Shown here in pieces: positions 50,998 to 59,647 of a stretch of DNA of 64,000 nt (the first letter of the stretch is position 1; each line of letters opens with the position of its first letter). Source of the DNA: Chthoniobacterales bacterium (lineage in GTDB: Bacteria > Verrucomicrobiota > Verrucomicrobiia > Chthoniobacterales > UBA10450); contig DASZDO010000096.1 of assembly GCA_035941955.1 (NCBI GenBank), forward strand, positions 40,534 through 104,533, written 5' to 3'. The position numbers were made by a program, and so were the translations under genes. The notes under the pieces were generated by a model. It made no database searches and was not told the origin of the DNA. It saw only the letters and a list, made by a program, of their open reading frames with translations.

Positions 50998-52833
50998 ATG
51001 AAGACTAAGACGACGCTCCTTTTGCTCGCGGTGGTAGTTGCGCTCGGCCTCTACATCAAGCTCTACGAAAGCAAACGCCCGAACACGGCCGAAGCCAGGC
51101 GGCAGGCGCAGAACGTGGTGAATTTCGAGCGGGAAAACCTCGACGGCATCGTTATTCAAAATGGCGATGACAAGATCGAATTGAAGCGTCTGGAGGGAAA
51201 GTGGCGGATCGAAGCGCCCTTCAAAGACCAGGCGGATAGCGGCGCGATTGAGAGTTTGCTGGGCAACCTGGAGGATTGGCAAAAGCAGGACACGATTCCG
51301 GCGGACGAAATCGACAAGGACAAGAGCCGCCTCGACGAATTCGGGCTGAGCAAAGCAAAACTTCGGCTGAAGCTGCTAGGCAAGGATGCCCCGCCCGAAA
51401 TCATTTTTGGAAACGACGCCGCGCTCGAGGGCAAGATGTACGTGCGCCTGGCAACCGCCAGCGACGTCTTTCTCGCCCCACAATCGGTCCGAAACGACAT
51501 TGCCAAAAAGCCCGAGGAATTCCGCGACAAGAAGCTGACGGATCTGACCACCGCCCAGGTGGCACGCGCCCTCTTAAAGACGGCGGCAGGCGAAATGGAA
51601 TTGGAGAAGAAGACGGACCACTGGGAAATCGTGAAACCACTCCGGGCGCGCGGCGACGATCAGAAGATCGGCGATCTGCTCGCGCAAGTCACCACGGCGC
51701 GCATCGAGCAATTCGTCGCGGAAGACCGGGGGGACCTGCAACCCTACGGTCTGACCGAGCCGCGCGGTTCCATCACGCTTTTCTCGGCCACCGATAAGGA
51801 GGGACAGATGCTCCAGATCGGCGGCGTACCCGAGAAGGAGAAGGAGCAGGTCTACGTGCGCTTTGCCGCGCGCAATGCTGTCTACACCCTCCCGAAAAAA
51901 ATCGAAGAAATCCTCGCCTTGAAACCGTCCGATTTGCGCGACCGGCATCTCGTCCGGCTCGATCAGGACATTCTCGATCGCATTACGATCGATGCGGCCG
52001 GGAAGGGAAAAACCGTGCTGGCGCGCAAAGACGAAACCTGGACGATCGCGAGCCGGGAAAATCAGCCGGCGCCTTCAGGTGAAGTGAAACGGTTGCTCGA
52101 TCTGCTCCAGGCCGAACAGGTGACGAAATTCGTCGAGGACGTGGCCTCTGACCTCCCTAAGTACGGGCTCGATAACCCGCAGCTCCAATTAACCTTCAGT
52201 TCTTTCGCCTCGGAAAACACCGCCGAGACGACCGCGGGCGAACATCCTTTTGCGACGGTCGCGTTCGGAAAAACGGAGGGCGATAACGTTTATGCGCGCC
52301 TGGGAGATGAGCCCTTCATTGTCGCGGTGCGCCGTGGATTGCTCGACAGCATTTTCGCCGATCCGCTCCAGTGGCAGGAGCTGACGATCTTCCGCTTCAA
52401 GCCAGAAGAAGTGCAGACTGTTACCGTGGTAACAGATCGGGAATCGGCCTTGGTTCGCAACGCCGGGAAAGAGTGGACCTGGGCAGAGGGAACCGAGCCG
52501 CTCAATCAGGTGAACCTGCAATCGCTGCTGAACACGCTCACCGGTTTGCGCGCCGTGCGTTGGGCGGGCGCGACCACTCCGGCACACGCTTTCGACAAAC
52601 CGCAGGTCACCGTCACCTTCACGGCTTCACCTGACGACAAGAAGATGCACAAACTGGTCGTCGGCGGCTCCGCGGGCGAGGCCATGTGGTTCGCGCGAAC
52701 CGATGAACGCGAAGGCACCTTCATCATAAGCAACCCGGATCTTAACGCCTTACGGTTGCCGCTGGTGGCCGCTCCGGCGGGCAGTCCGACACCAACGGCA
52801 GCAGGCACGCCCGGATCGACCCCCGCACGCTAA
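50998..52833 (+). CDS. DUF4340-like protein (GldG-cluster associated)
   Basis: Start at MKTKTTLLLLAVVVALGLYI. Repeated beta-rich modules. DUF4340 proteins typically follow GldG genes (recollection). Confidence 0.6.
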   Translation: MKTKTTLLLLAVVVALGLYIKLYESKRPNTAEARRQAQNVVNFERENLDGIVIQNGDDKIELKRLEGKWRIEAPFKDQADSGAIESLLGNLEDWQKQDTIPADEIDKDKSRLDEFGLSKAKLRLKLLGKDAPPEIIFGNDAALEGKMYVRLATASDVFLAPQSVRNDIAKKPEEFRDKKLTDLTTAQVARALLKTAAGEMELEKKTDHWEIVKPLRARGDDQKIGDLLAQVTTARIEQFVAEDRGDLQPYGLTEPRGSITLFSATDKEGQMLQIGGVPEKEKEQVYVRFAARNAVYTLPKKIEEILALKPSDLRDRHLVRLDQDILDRITIDAAGKGKTVLARKDETWTIASRENQPAPSGEVKRLLDLLQAEQVTKFVEDVASDLPKYGLDNPQLQLTFSSFASENTAETTAGEHPFATVAFGKTEGDNVYARLGDEPFIVAVRRGLLDSIFADPLQWQELTIFRFKPEEVQTVTVVTDRESALVRNAGKEWTWAEGTEPLNQVNLQSLLNTLTGLRAVRWAGATTPAHAFDKPQVTVTFTASPDDKKMHKLVVGGSAGEAMWFARTDEREGTFIISNPDLNALRLPLVAAPAGSPTPTAAGTPGSTPAR

Positions 52834-52841
52834 GTCGAAAT

Positions 52842-52907
52842 CAAGGAGCGGCGGTTTCTAAACCGCCGACCCAAAAACACGGCGGTCTGGAGACCGCCGC
52901 TCCTTGG
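52842..52907. repeat. REP-like element, CAAGGAGCGGCGGTT family
   Basis: CAAGGAGCGGCGGTTTCTAAACCGCCG...CGGCGGTCTGGAGACCGCCGCTCCTTGG: nested hairpins immediately downstream of ubiE. Confidence 0.85.
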
Positions 52908-52918
52908 ATTGGAAGCCG

Positions 52919-53632
52919 CTACGCCTTCCGCGCGGTGTAGATCGTTGCGATTCCGCCGGTCAGCGGCCGGGCCGACGCCATGGCAAATCCGTTTCCCTCG
53001 ATTAGCCGAATCATTTCATTTCCGCTGGGAAATTTCTCAATCGAGCCGCCGAGATAATCGTAGGCCGTCTTCTGACCCGTCACGATCGAAGCCAGGCTCG
53101 GCAGGCAGCGGTGCAGATAGAATCGATAGGCCGGGCGAAGCGCCCCGGCCGGCAACGAAAAATCGAGAACAAGCAAGTGCCCATCCGAGCTCAAGACGCG
53201 GGCCATTTCGCGGAGCGCCAGATGCCAATCCGACATATTGCGCAATCCGAACGCGACCGTGACGCAGTCGAATGATTCCGCCTCGAATGGAAGGCAAAGT
53301 GCGTCGGCCAATACTGTTTCTCGAACACCTTTGCGTTGGGCCACGCTCAACATTTCGGGCGAAAAATCCGCTGCGGTAATCGCGGCCTCGGGCAGCCGGC
53401 GCTGCATCGCCAGGGCCAGGTCTCCGCTTCCAGCCGCCAGGTCGAGAATCCGCTGTGGGTGCCAGGCTTCGACGATCTTCGCCGCGCGCCTGCGCCACAG
53501 AAAATCGGCGCCGCCGCTCAGAAGATGATTCGCGAGATCGTATCGCTGCGCGATCCGTCCGAACATCGCGCGAACAGCGTCGGGATCGCGCGAAACTTCA
53601 GACGTGCTCAAAGATTTAGGAGTTGGATTCAA
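52919..53632 (-). CDS. ubiE: Demethylmenaquinone/ubiquinone C-methyltransferase
   Basis: VRAMFGRIAQRYDLANHLLSGGADFLWRR and the SAM motif ILDLAAGSGDL. A TTG start is predicted at 53632. Confidence 0.85.
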   Translation of the reverse strand: MNPTPKSLSTSEVSRDPDAVRAMFGRIAQRYDLANHLLSGGADFLWRRRAAKIVEAWHPQRILDLAAGSGDLALAMQRRLPEAAITAADFSPEMLSVAQRKGVRETVLADALCLPFEAESFDCVTVAFGLRNMSDWHLALREMARVLSSDGHLLVLDFSLPAGALRPAYRFYLHRCLPSLASIVTGQKTAYDYLGGSIEKFPSGNEMIRLIEGNGFAMASARPLTGGIATIYTARKA

Positions 53633-53637
53633 GGAAA

Positions 53638-53699
53638 CAAGGAGCGGCGGTTGTAACCGCCGTATTAACAGGCCGGCGGTTGAAAACCGCCGCTCCTTG
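53638..53699. repeat. REP-like element, CAAGGAGCGGCGGTT family
   Basis: CAAGGAGCGGCGGTTGTAACCGCCG...CGGCGGTTGAAAACCGCCGCTCCTTG, immediately upstream of ubiE. Confidence 0.85.
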
Positions 53700-53716
53700 A
53701 GGCGGCAAAAATCACC

Positions 53717-54214
53717 TCACTCCAGGGGCGGTTCCACGCGTTCCTCTTCGCGTGGGACAAGTTTGTTTTGCGTGATGATGCGCGCGCAGGTGTTCCAGCG
53801 CAGCAAGGCATCATCGTTTCCGGGCGGACGAACGGCCTCCGCCTTTTCGAACCAGTTCATCGCGTCACGAAAGCCATCGTAGGCGTAGAACCTCGACCCG
53901 GGAGTGCCCTGCGCGAGTTTCGCTTTGGCGCGGCGCTCCGCCAAAATACCGGCATAGTAGGCGCGCTCATATTCGCCCTTCACCCGCGCGAGAAATTCCT
54001 TCGACTGCGTGTCGCTGACGCCATAGCCCTTGCCGAAGCGATCGCTCACCGCGAGCAGCAGCGTGACCAGGGCCTGCTGGTTCTCCGGGTCGGCTTTCAA
54101 GACGTCGAGGCAAATGCTTTCCGCCTCGGCCGGCTCATTGAGAAGGCGATAGCGCTCGGCTTTCTCCAGCGCTGCTGGAATCGCTTCCGTCGAGAGTGGT
54201 TTCAGGTCGAACAT
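53717..54214 (-). CDS. Hypothetical helical (TPR-like) protein
   Basis: 165-aa ORF between sdhB and ubiE on the same strand. No family recognised. Confidence 0.55.
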   Translation of the reverse strand: MFDLKPLSTEAIPAALEKAERYRLLNEPAEAESICLDVLKADPENQQALVTLLLAVSDRFGKGYGVSDTQSKEFLARVKGEYERAYYAGILAERRAKAKLAQGTPGSRFYAYDGFRDAMNWFEKAEAVRPPGNDDALLRWNTCARIITQNKLVPREEERVEPPLE

Positions 54215-54227
54215 GTGGAGCAGGTTA

Positions 54228-54326
54228 AAGCGTTACAAAGTTGAAGCGTTGAAGCGAGGGAAACTTGTTTCGTTACACGCTTCAACGCTTCAACGCTCAA
54301 ACCCTTCAACCCCTCAACCCTTCAAC
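54228..54326. repeat. Inverted repeat built from GTTGAAGC words, with a CCTTCAAC-type direct-repeat tail running into the sdhB stop
   Basis: GTTGAAGCGTTGAAGCG (54240-54256) pairs perfectly with CGCTTCAACGCTTCAAC (54278-54294). The following CCCTTCAACCCCTCAACCCTTCAAC encodes the last sdhB residues (KLKG*). Confidence 0.85.
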
Positions 54327-55054
54327 TTCCTCCAAATCCAGCCCAGCGGATCATAAAACTGATCCACCACGCGCTCCTTCAAGGGAATAATCGCGTTGTC
54401 CGTGATCTGAATGTTCTCCGGGCAAACCTTGGTGCAACACTTCGTTATGTTGCAATAGCCGATCCCCTGCGTCGCCTTCAATTCCGGGATGCGATCCTCG
54501 GTGTCGAGCGGGTGCATCTCCAGCGCGGCAACGTAAATCAGGTAGCGCGGTCCGATGAATTCATCGTGCTTCCGATGATCGCGCAGAACGTGGCAAACAT
54601 CCTGGCAAAGGAAGCACTCGATGCATTTCCGGAATTCCTGGACGCGATCGATATCTTCCTGGGCCATCCGCCAGGTGCCATCGGCCGCGTCGGGCGCTCG
54701 CGGCTTGAATCTTTTGATCTTCTTCTTCACCTGGAAATTCCAGGAGACGTCGGTGATCAGGTCTTTCAGCAGCGGAAAAGCTTTGATGGGCTCGATCGTG
54801 ATCGGCTTCTCGAGCGGCAGATCGCTCATGCGCGTCATGCACATCAGTTTCGGCATGCCATTCACTTCCGCGGAACAGGAACCGCACTTGCCGGCTTTGC
54901 AGTTCCAGCGGCACGCCAGGTCGTTCGCCTGCTTCGCCTGGATGTCGTGCACCGCGTCGAGGACGACCATGCCTTCGGAAATTTCGGTTATGTAGTCGCG
55001 GAACTCGCCAGCGTTTGCGTCGCCGCGCCAGATCTTGAAGGTGGCGTTGGTCAT
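54314..55054 (-). CDS. sdhB: Succinate dehydrogenase/fumarate reductase iron-sulfur subunit
   Basis: Cys clusters CRWNCKAGKCGSC, CIECFLCQDVC and CTKVCP. Confidence 0.9.
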   Translation of the reverse strand: MTNATFKIWRGDANAGEFRDYITEISEGMVVLDAVHDIQAKQANDLACRWNCKAGKCGSCSAEVNGMPKLMCMTRMSDLPLEKPITIEPIKAFPLLKDLITDVSWNFQVKKKIKRFKPRAPDAADGTWRMAQEDIDRVQEFRKCIECFLCQDVCHVLRDHRKHDEFIGPRYLIYVAALEMHPLDTEDRIPELKATQGIGYCNITKCCTKVCPENIQITDNAIIPLKERVVDQFYDPLGWIWRKLKG

Positions 55055-55086
55055 AACGCCTAGCGCAACGCGCCGCCCCCTTTGCT

Positions 55087-55206
55087 GTCATCCCGAGTCG
55101 CACAGACGATGAGGGACCTCTCCGTTGGAAATTGCGTCACGCCGCCCTCAAGACGCGCCCATTTGCAATTGCGAGGTCCCTCGCCGTCTGCGCGGCTCGG
55201 GATGAT
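55087..55206. repeat. Long imperfect hairpin (34-nt arms) between sdhA and sdhB
   Basis: GTCATCCCGAGTCGCACAGACGATGAGGGACCTC (55087-55120) faces GAGGTCCCTCGCCGTCTGCGCGGCTCGGGATGAT (55173-55206). There are three mismatch or wobble positions. Confidence 0.85.
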
Positions 55207-55223
55207 AAGGCTTTCGCGCACGC

Positions 55224-57035
55224 TCATTTCATCTCCTCAATCACCTGCTTCAAATACTCCGGCATTTCCGGCAGCGGTTCCAACCGGATTTGCATCGAGC
55301 CATCCGCGGCTTTGGAAATCATCGTGTTCACCTTGGCGAAGCGATCGCTCTTGTCCGGATAATCGTCGCGGAACTGCGCGCCCCGGCTCTCTTTCCGTTC
55401 GAGCGCCGCTAACGTGATCGCCTCGGAAACCGTCAGGAGCGTTTTCAAATCGACCGCGGTGTGCCATCCGGGATTGAATTCGCGATGCCCGGCCACGCCG
55501 GCGCGGTTCGCCCGCTCCCAAAAGCCTTTCAATTTCTCGAGGGCGGTCCTCATCTCCGATTCAGTTCGAACAATCCCGACGAGATCCTGCATCGCTTCCT
55601 GCAAATCGCGCTGGACCGAGTACGGATTTTCGCCGGCCGTTCTCTCAAACGGCGCGACCGCTTCACTCGCCACCCGCTCGATCTCGCCCTGGTCGATCTG
55701 GCCTAACGAATTCTCCTGCGCGAATTTCGCCGCATATTCGCCGGCGCGCTTCCCGAAAACGACGATGTCCGAGAGCGAATTGCCACCGAGCCGATTCGCG
55801 CCATTGATCCCGGCGGCACATTCCCCGGCCGCGAACAGACCGGGAATGCGCGACATCTGGGTATCGGCGTCGACGTGGATTCCGCCCATCGCGTAATGGG
55901 TGGTCGGGCCGACTTCCATGGCTTGCTCCGTGATGTCGATGTCCGCCAGTTGTTTGAACTGGTGATACATGCTGGGCAGTTTCCTTTTGATGTGGTCAGC
56001 CGAGTTCGATATTTTTTCTTTGATCCAGGCGATGTCGAGATACACGCCGCCGTGCGGACTTCCCCTGCCCTCCTTGATCTCGCGCACAATGCAGCGGGCC
56101 ACGTGATCGCGGGTCAATAGCTCCGGCGGCCGCCGTGCGTTCTTGTCTCCCTGGCAATAACGCCAGCCTTCCTCTTCGTTGTCGGCGGTTTGCGCGCGAT
56201 AATTCTCCGGGATCTGTTCGAACATGAAGCGCTTCCCCTCCTGGTTCGTCAGGATTCCACCTTCACCGCGTACGCCTTCGGTCACCAAAATTCCCACCAC
56301 GCTCGGCGGCCAAATCATGCCGGTGGGGTGAAACTGGACGAACTCCATGTCGATCAATTCCGCGCCCGCGTCGTAGGCCAGGGAAAGACCGTCTCCGGTC
56401 GATTCCCAACTGTTGCTCGTGATCTTGTAAGCGCGGCCCAGCCCGCCAGTCGCCAGCACAATCGCCTTGGCCCGAAAGATCCTGAAACGGCCGCGCTCGC
56501 GTTCGTAGCCAAACGCGCCGACGACGCGCCCGCCCTCTTTCAGCAGGGCGAGAATCGTGTGCTCCATGTAAACCTCGATGCCCTGATGAATGCCATGATC
56601 CTGGAGAGTGCGAATCATCTCCAGGCCGGTGCGGTCGCCGACGTGGGCGAGGCGCGGATACTTGTGGCCGCCGAAATTCCTTTGCAGAATGCGCCCGTCC
56701 TTCGTGCGATCGAAAACCGCGCCCCAGGCTTCCAGTTCGCGCACGCGATCGGGCGCTTCCTTGGCGTGCAGTTCCGCCATGCGCCACTGATTGACATATT
56801 GGCCGCCGCGCATCGTATCGGCGAAATGGACTTTCCAATTGTCCCGATCGTCCACATTCCCGAGCGCGGCCGCGATGCCGCCTTCCGCCATGACAGTGTG
56901 CGCTTTTCCGAGGAGCGATTTACAAACGAGCCCGACGGAAACTCCGGCAGTTGACGCCTCGATCGCGGCGCGCAAGCCAGCGCCGCCCGCGCCGATGACG
57001 AGAACGTCGTGCTGAAAAGTTTGGTAGTCGGCCAT
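55224..57035 (-). CDS. sdhA: Succinate dehydrogenase/fumarate reductase flavoprotein subunit
   Basis: FAD motif VIGAGGAGLRAA, HTVMAEGG (covalent-FAD His context) and HPTG. 603 aa. Confidence 0.95.
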   Translation of the reverse strand: MADYQTFQHDVLVIGAGGAGLRAAIEASTAGVSVGLVCKSLLGKAHTVMAEGGIAAALGNVDDRDNWKVHFADTMRGGQYVNQWRMAELHAKEAPDRVRELEAWGAVFDRTKDGRILQRNFGGHKYPRLAHVGDRTGLEMIRTLQDHGIHQGIEVYMEHTILALLKEGGRVVGAFGYERERGRFRIFRAKAIVLATGGLGRAYKITSNSWESTGDGLSLAYDAGAELIDMEFVQFHPTGMIWPPSVVGILVTEGVRGEGGILTNQEGKRFMFEQIPENYRAQTADNEEEGWRYCQGDKNARRPPELLTRDHVARCIVREIKEGRGSPHGGVYLDIAWIKEKISNSADHIKRKLPSMYHQFKQLADIDITEQAMEVGPTTHYAMGGIHVDADTQMSRIPGLFAAGECAAGINGANRLGGNSLSDIVVFGKRAGEYAAKFAQENSLGQIDQGEIERVASEAVAPFERTAGENPYSVQRDLQEAMQDLVGIVRTESEMRTALEKLKGFWERANRAGVAGHREFNPGWHTAVDLKTLLTVSEAITLAALERKESRGAQFRDDYPDKSDRFAKVNTMISKAADGSMQIRLEPLPEMPEYLKQVIEEMK

Positions 57036-57036
57036 C

Positions 57037-57366
57037 TCAAAAAATTGCTTCGAAAAATCGGCGTAAGACTCTTTGTGCCTGGCGCACGTCGTTCTCGGTC
57101 AATTTTCCGAGCTTCCGAATAACCGTCGACTTCGCGACCGTGGCGAGCTTGGACATGCGTGCAGTGGAAGGCAAGCGTAGTCCGGCAGCGCGCCAGTCCA
57201 TCACTATCACATCTTCGCTGCCGCGTGATGGATGACTTGTGATTGGAACCACGAGTAAATCAAGATCGCCTGCATCATGTACGGTGAGAACAGGTCGTTT
57301 CTTGGCTCCGCTTCCTTCAGAAAAAACTATCGGCACCAGCAGCACATCCCCGAAACGAAAGGCCAC
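57037..57366 (-). CDS. PemK/MazF-family type II toxin
   Basis: FGDVLLVPIVFSEGSGAKKRPVLTV...LLVVPITSHP...LPSTARMSKLATVAKSTVIRKLGKL follows the PemK/MazF pattern. Its stop is 1 nt from the sdhA start codon. Confidence 0.75.
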   Translation of the reverse strand: MAFRFGDVLLVPIVFSEGSGAKKRPVLTVHDAGDLDLLVVPITSHPSRGSEDVIVMDWRAAGLRLPSTARMSKLATVAKSTVIRKLGKLTENDVRQAQRVLRRFFEAIF

Positions 57367-57372
57367 GTCGCA

Positions 57373-57549
57373 CTAGTCCTCGTCGTAGACTGAGTCTTCC
57401 GCGGCGTATTGGCTGGCCAGCTCATTGGTGGAAAACCGAGCCCAACTTCTCTGTTCGTTCTCCGCCATCTGAAACAGCCGTTCCATCAGCCAACGCCGCT
57501 GATCTTCTGGCAAGGCCTCGATCTCGTGCAGCAATTCGTTGGCACTCAT
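57373..57549 (-). CDS. Putative antitoxin (addiction-module component, Unstab_antitox-like)
   Basis: 58 aa from MSANELLHEIEALPEDQRRWLMERLFQ, with an acidic C-terminus. Lies 6 nt upstream of the toxin gene and 10 nt downstream of the sdhC stop. Confidence 0.6.
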   Translation of the reverse strand: MSANELLHEIEALPEDQRRWLMERLFQMAENEQRSWARFSTNELASQYAAEDSVYDED

Positions 57550-57559
57550 GAACTCAACT

Positions 57560-58366
57560 TCACAAAATTCGCCAGTCTGTCCACACGCCCATCGAGCAGA
57601 GCCGCACATAGAGATCGGAAAATCCGACCCAGAACAAACTCAGCCACGCCCAAAGCATATGGCGGCGATTGAAGCAGCTCACGCAAGCGTAGGCGCGATA
57701 GCCGGTGGGCGATTTCGAAATCTGATCGCGAAATCCGCCGATCAAATGGCGTAACGCGTGGCAGCCAAAAGTGAAGCCGCCCAGCAAAACGACATTCAAA
57801 GCGAGAACGAGTGTGCCGACCCCGATTCCAAAAGAAGTTTTCCCCGTCGCTGGATCGGCAAACCAGAATGCCTTCCAAACGTCCCAGGTCAGCACGAAAA
57901 TAAACAGGATCGCGAGATAGAGAAAATAGCGATGCACGTTCTGCATGATCAGAGGAAACGAACGTTCGCCGAGATACGTTTTTCTCGGCTCGCCCACGGT
58001 GCAGGCCGGCGGGTCCGCCCAGAAGGCTTTGTAGTACGCGCCCCGGTAGTAATAACAGGTGAGCCGCAATCCCCCGGGCGCCCAAAGAATCAGCAGCGCG
58101 GGTGAAAACAAAAGCCAGCCGGGCCACCACGCCGGTTTCGGTCCAAACCAACTGTGCGATGACGCGCCGAAAATCTCCGGCGAATAAAAGGGCGAGAGAT
58201 ACGGCCCGAAATAATAGTGATTACCCTGAAACGCGGCCCAGGTGGAATAGACGATGAAACTGGCCAGGCCGAGAAAGATGAGGAACGGCTGCGCCCACCA
58301 CGCGTCCGGCCGCATGGTTTGGCCAAACGTTCGCGGCGGCAGGGTGGTTGTTTGTGCGTGAACCAT
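57560..58366 (-). CDS. sdhC: Succinate dehydrogenase cytochrome b subunit (b558-type, 5 TM)
   Basis: 268-aa polytopic membrane protein with conserved His-bearing helices, in first position of the sdh cluster. Confidence 0.7.
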   Translation of the reverse strand: MVHAQTTTLPPRTFGQTMRPDAWWAQPFLIFLGLASFIVYSTWAAFQGNHYYFGPYLSPFYSPEIFGASSHSWFGPKPAWWPGWLLFSPALLILWAPGGLRLTCYYYRGAYYKAFWADPPACTVGEPRKTYLGERSFPLIMQNVHRYFLYLAILFIFVLTWDVWKAFWFADPATGKTSFGIGVGTLVLALNVVLLGGFTFGCHALRHLIGGFRDQISKSPTGYRAYACVSCFNRRHMLWAWLSLFWVGFSDLYVRLCSMGVWTDWRIL

Positions 58367-58461
58367 GAGTGAATTAAGCCGTGCTTAGATAGCGACGCGC
58401 CATCCGCTTTTCAAGAAAACTTCGGAGGGATTCGCCGCGGCGAGCCCGGGCCCTCCGATCC

Positions 58462-58785
58462 CTATTCCTCAATTGGCTCGAAGCCGGCGAACATCGTCTC
58501 CGCTTCGGGGACCTCTTTCAGCGGCACGCAATCGCAGAGCGCGAAGAATTTGTCCCACATCGCGAGGACGCGCGGGTTCTTGTGCGCTTCCTCAATCGCT
58601 TCGTGCGATTTCCACTCCGAGACCTCAATGATCGTGCCGTCTTTTGCGCGCATGATCACGGGAACGCGATCGGACACGAGACCTTCCTTGCGCAAAGTGG
58701 GCACGCGGTTGCGCACGATTTCCAACAACTCCTCTTCGCGCCCGGACTTCGGCCGATACGCCACGATGACAATGATGCCGTGCAT
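58462..58785 (-). CDS. ABM/Dabb-fold small protein (antibiotic-biosynthesis-monooxygenase-like)
   Basis: 107 aa from MHGIIVIVAYRPKSGREEELLEIV...EVSEWKSHEAIEEAH, a typical ferredoxin-like ABM pattern. Confidence 0.5.
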   Translation of the reverse strand: MHGIIVIVAYRPKSGREEELLEIVRNRVPTLRKEGLVSDRVPVIMRAKDGTIIEVSEWKSHEAIEEAHKNPRVLAMWDKFFALCDCVPLKEVPEAETMFAGFEPIEE

Positions 58786-59015
58786 TGAAAGCCAGAGCTT
58801 ACAACTTTTTTGAGCAATTGCGTATTTTTTGTTGACCGGTCGATCCGGAGTTTCAAATTGTCGTAACCCCAGATGGCCTTCCTCTCCCATCCTCCGCCTT
58901 TCACCGTCCTCGCCTCAGAGGGCGCCCCAGCCATTCTCGGTCTTGCCCTACCCGGTTCCTTACACCCGAAGATCCTCCCGGAACCCAACCCCAAACCTAG
59001 AAATAATGAGACATC

Positions 59016-59441
59016 ATGAAAAAAGAAATCGTTGCCCAATCCACCTCCCAAGAGTCGGCCCCTAAGATGCGCGGAGGGCGTCGGCCAGTGGCCACCTTAT
59101 TGGCGGTCGTTGCGCTCATCGTCTATGCATCGTCTTCCGCGCTCGCCACACAATGCGAGGTAGCGGAATTCAATGAGAACGGGGCCCACTACCCGCAAAC
59201 CATTTACGTTTACGTCACCACCGCGACCCCCGGGGCGACTATCTTCGCCACGGTCGGCAATCATTTCATTCCGCAGAACCCGACCCACAATGGCGCCACA
59301 CCGACCGGCACTACCTTCATCTGCGGCGGAACCTTTGCGGTCTTCGCCGGCGACTACAAGTATATCAAGGCCATCGTCTACAAGGCCGGTATGACCGATT
59401 CCGCCCAGACCGAGTATTACGTAGATAACACCGCAAACTGA
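59016..59441 (+). CDS. Small secreted CHB_HEX_C-like protein, divergent paralogue 5
   Basis: Long basic N-region plus hydrophobic core (VATLLAVVALIVYASSSALA). ATIFATVGNHFIPQNPTHNGATPTG and YKYIKAIVYKAGMTDS match the family pattern. Confidence 0.65.
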   Translation: MKKEIVAQSTSQESAPKMRGGRRPVATLLAVVALIVYASSSALATQCEVAEFNENGAHYPQTIYVYVTTATPGATIFATVGNHFIPQNPTHNGATPTGTTFICGGTFAVFAGDYKYIKAIVYKAGMTDSAQTEYYVDNTAN

Positions 59442-59647
59442 GCGTCACCCACGGGTCGAATCATATCGCGCCGAGCAGGCGAGATCTGCCACTCGCGACC
59501 TGCGCGCCATTGGCCACGAAACGGCGCGCTGCGATCGGCGGCGCCGAGTGCGGGTTCCATCCCCGCATTCCGGCGCTTTGACTCGACAAAACACTCTCGC
59601 GACCTTGTAATGTCGCCGAGTCGGGGCACGGAGCCCCTCCCACATTT

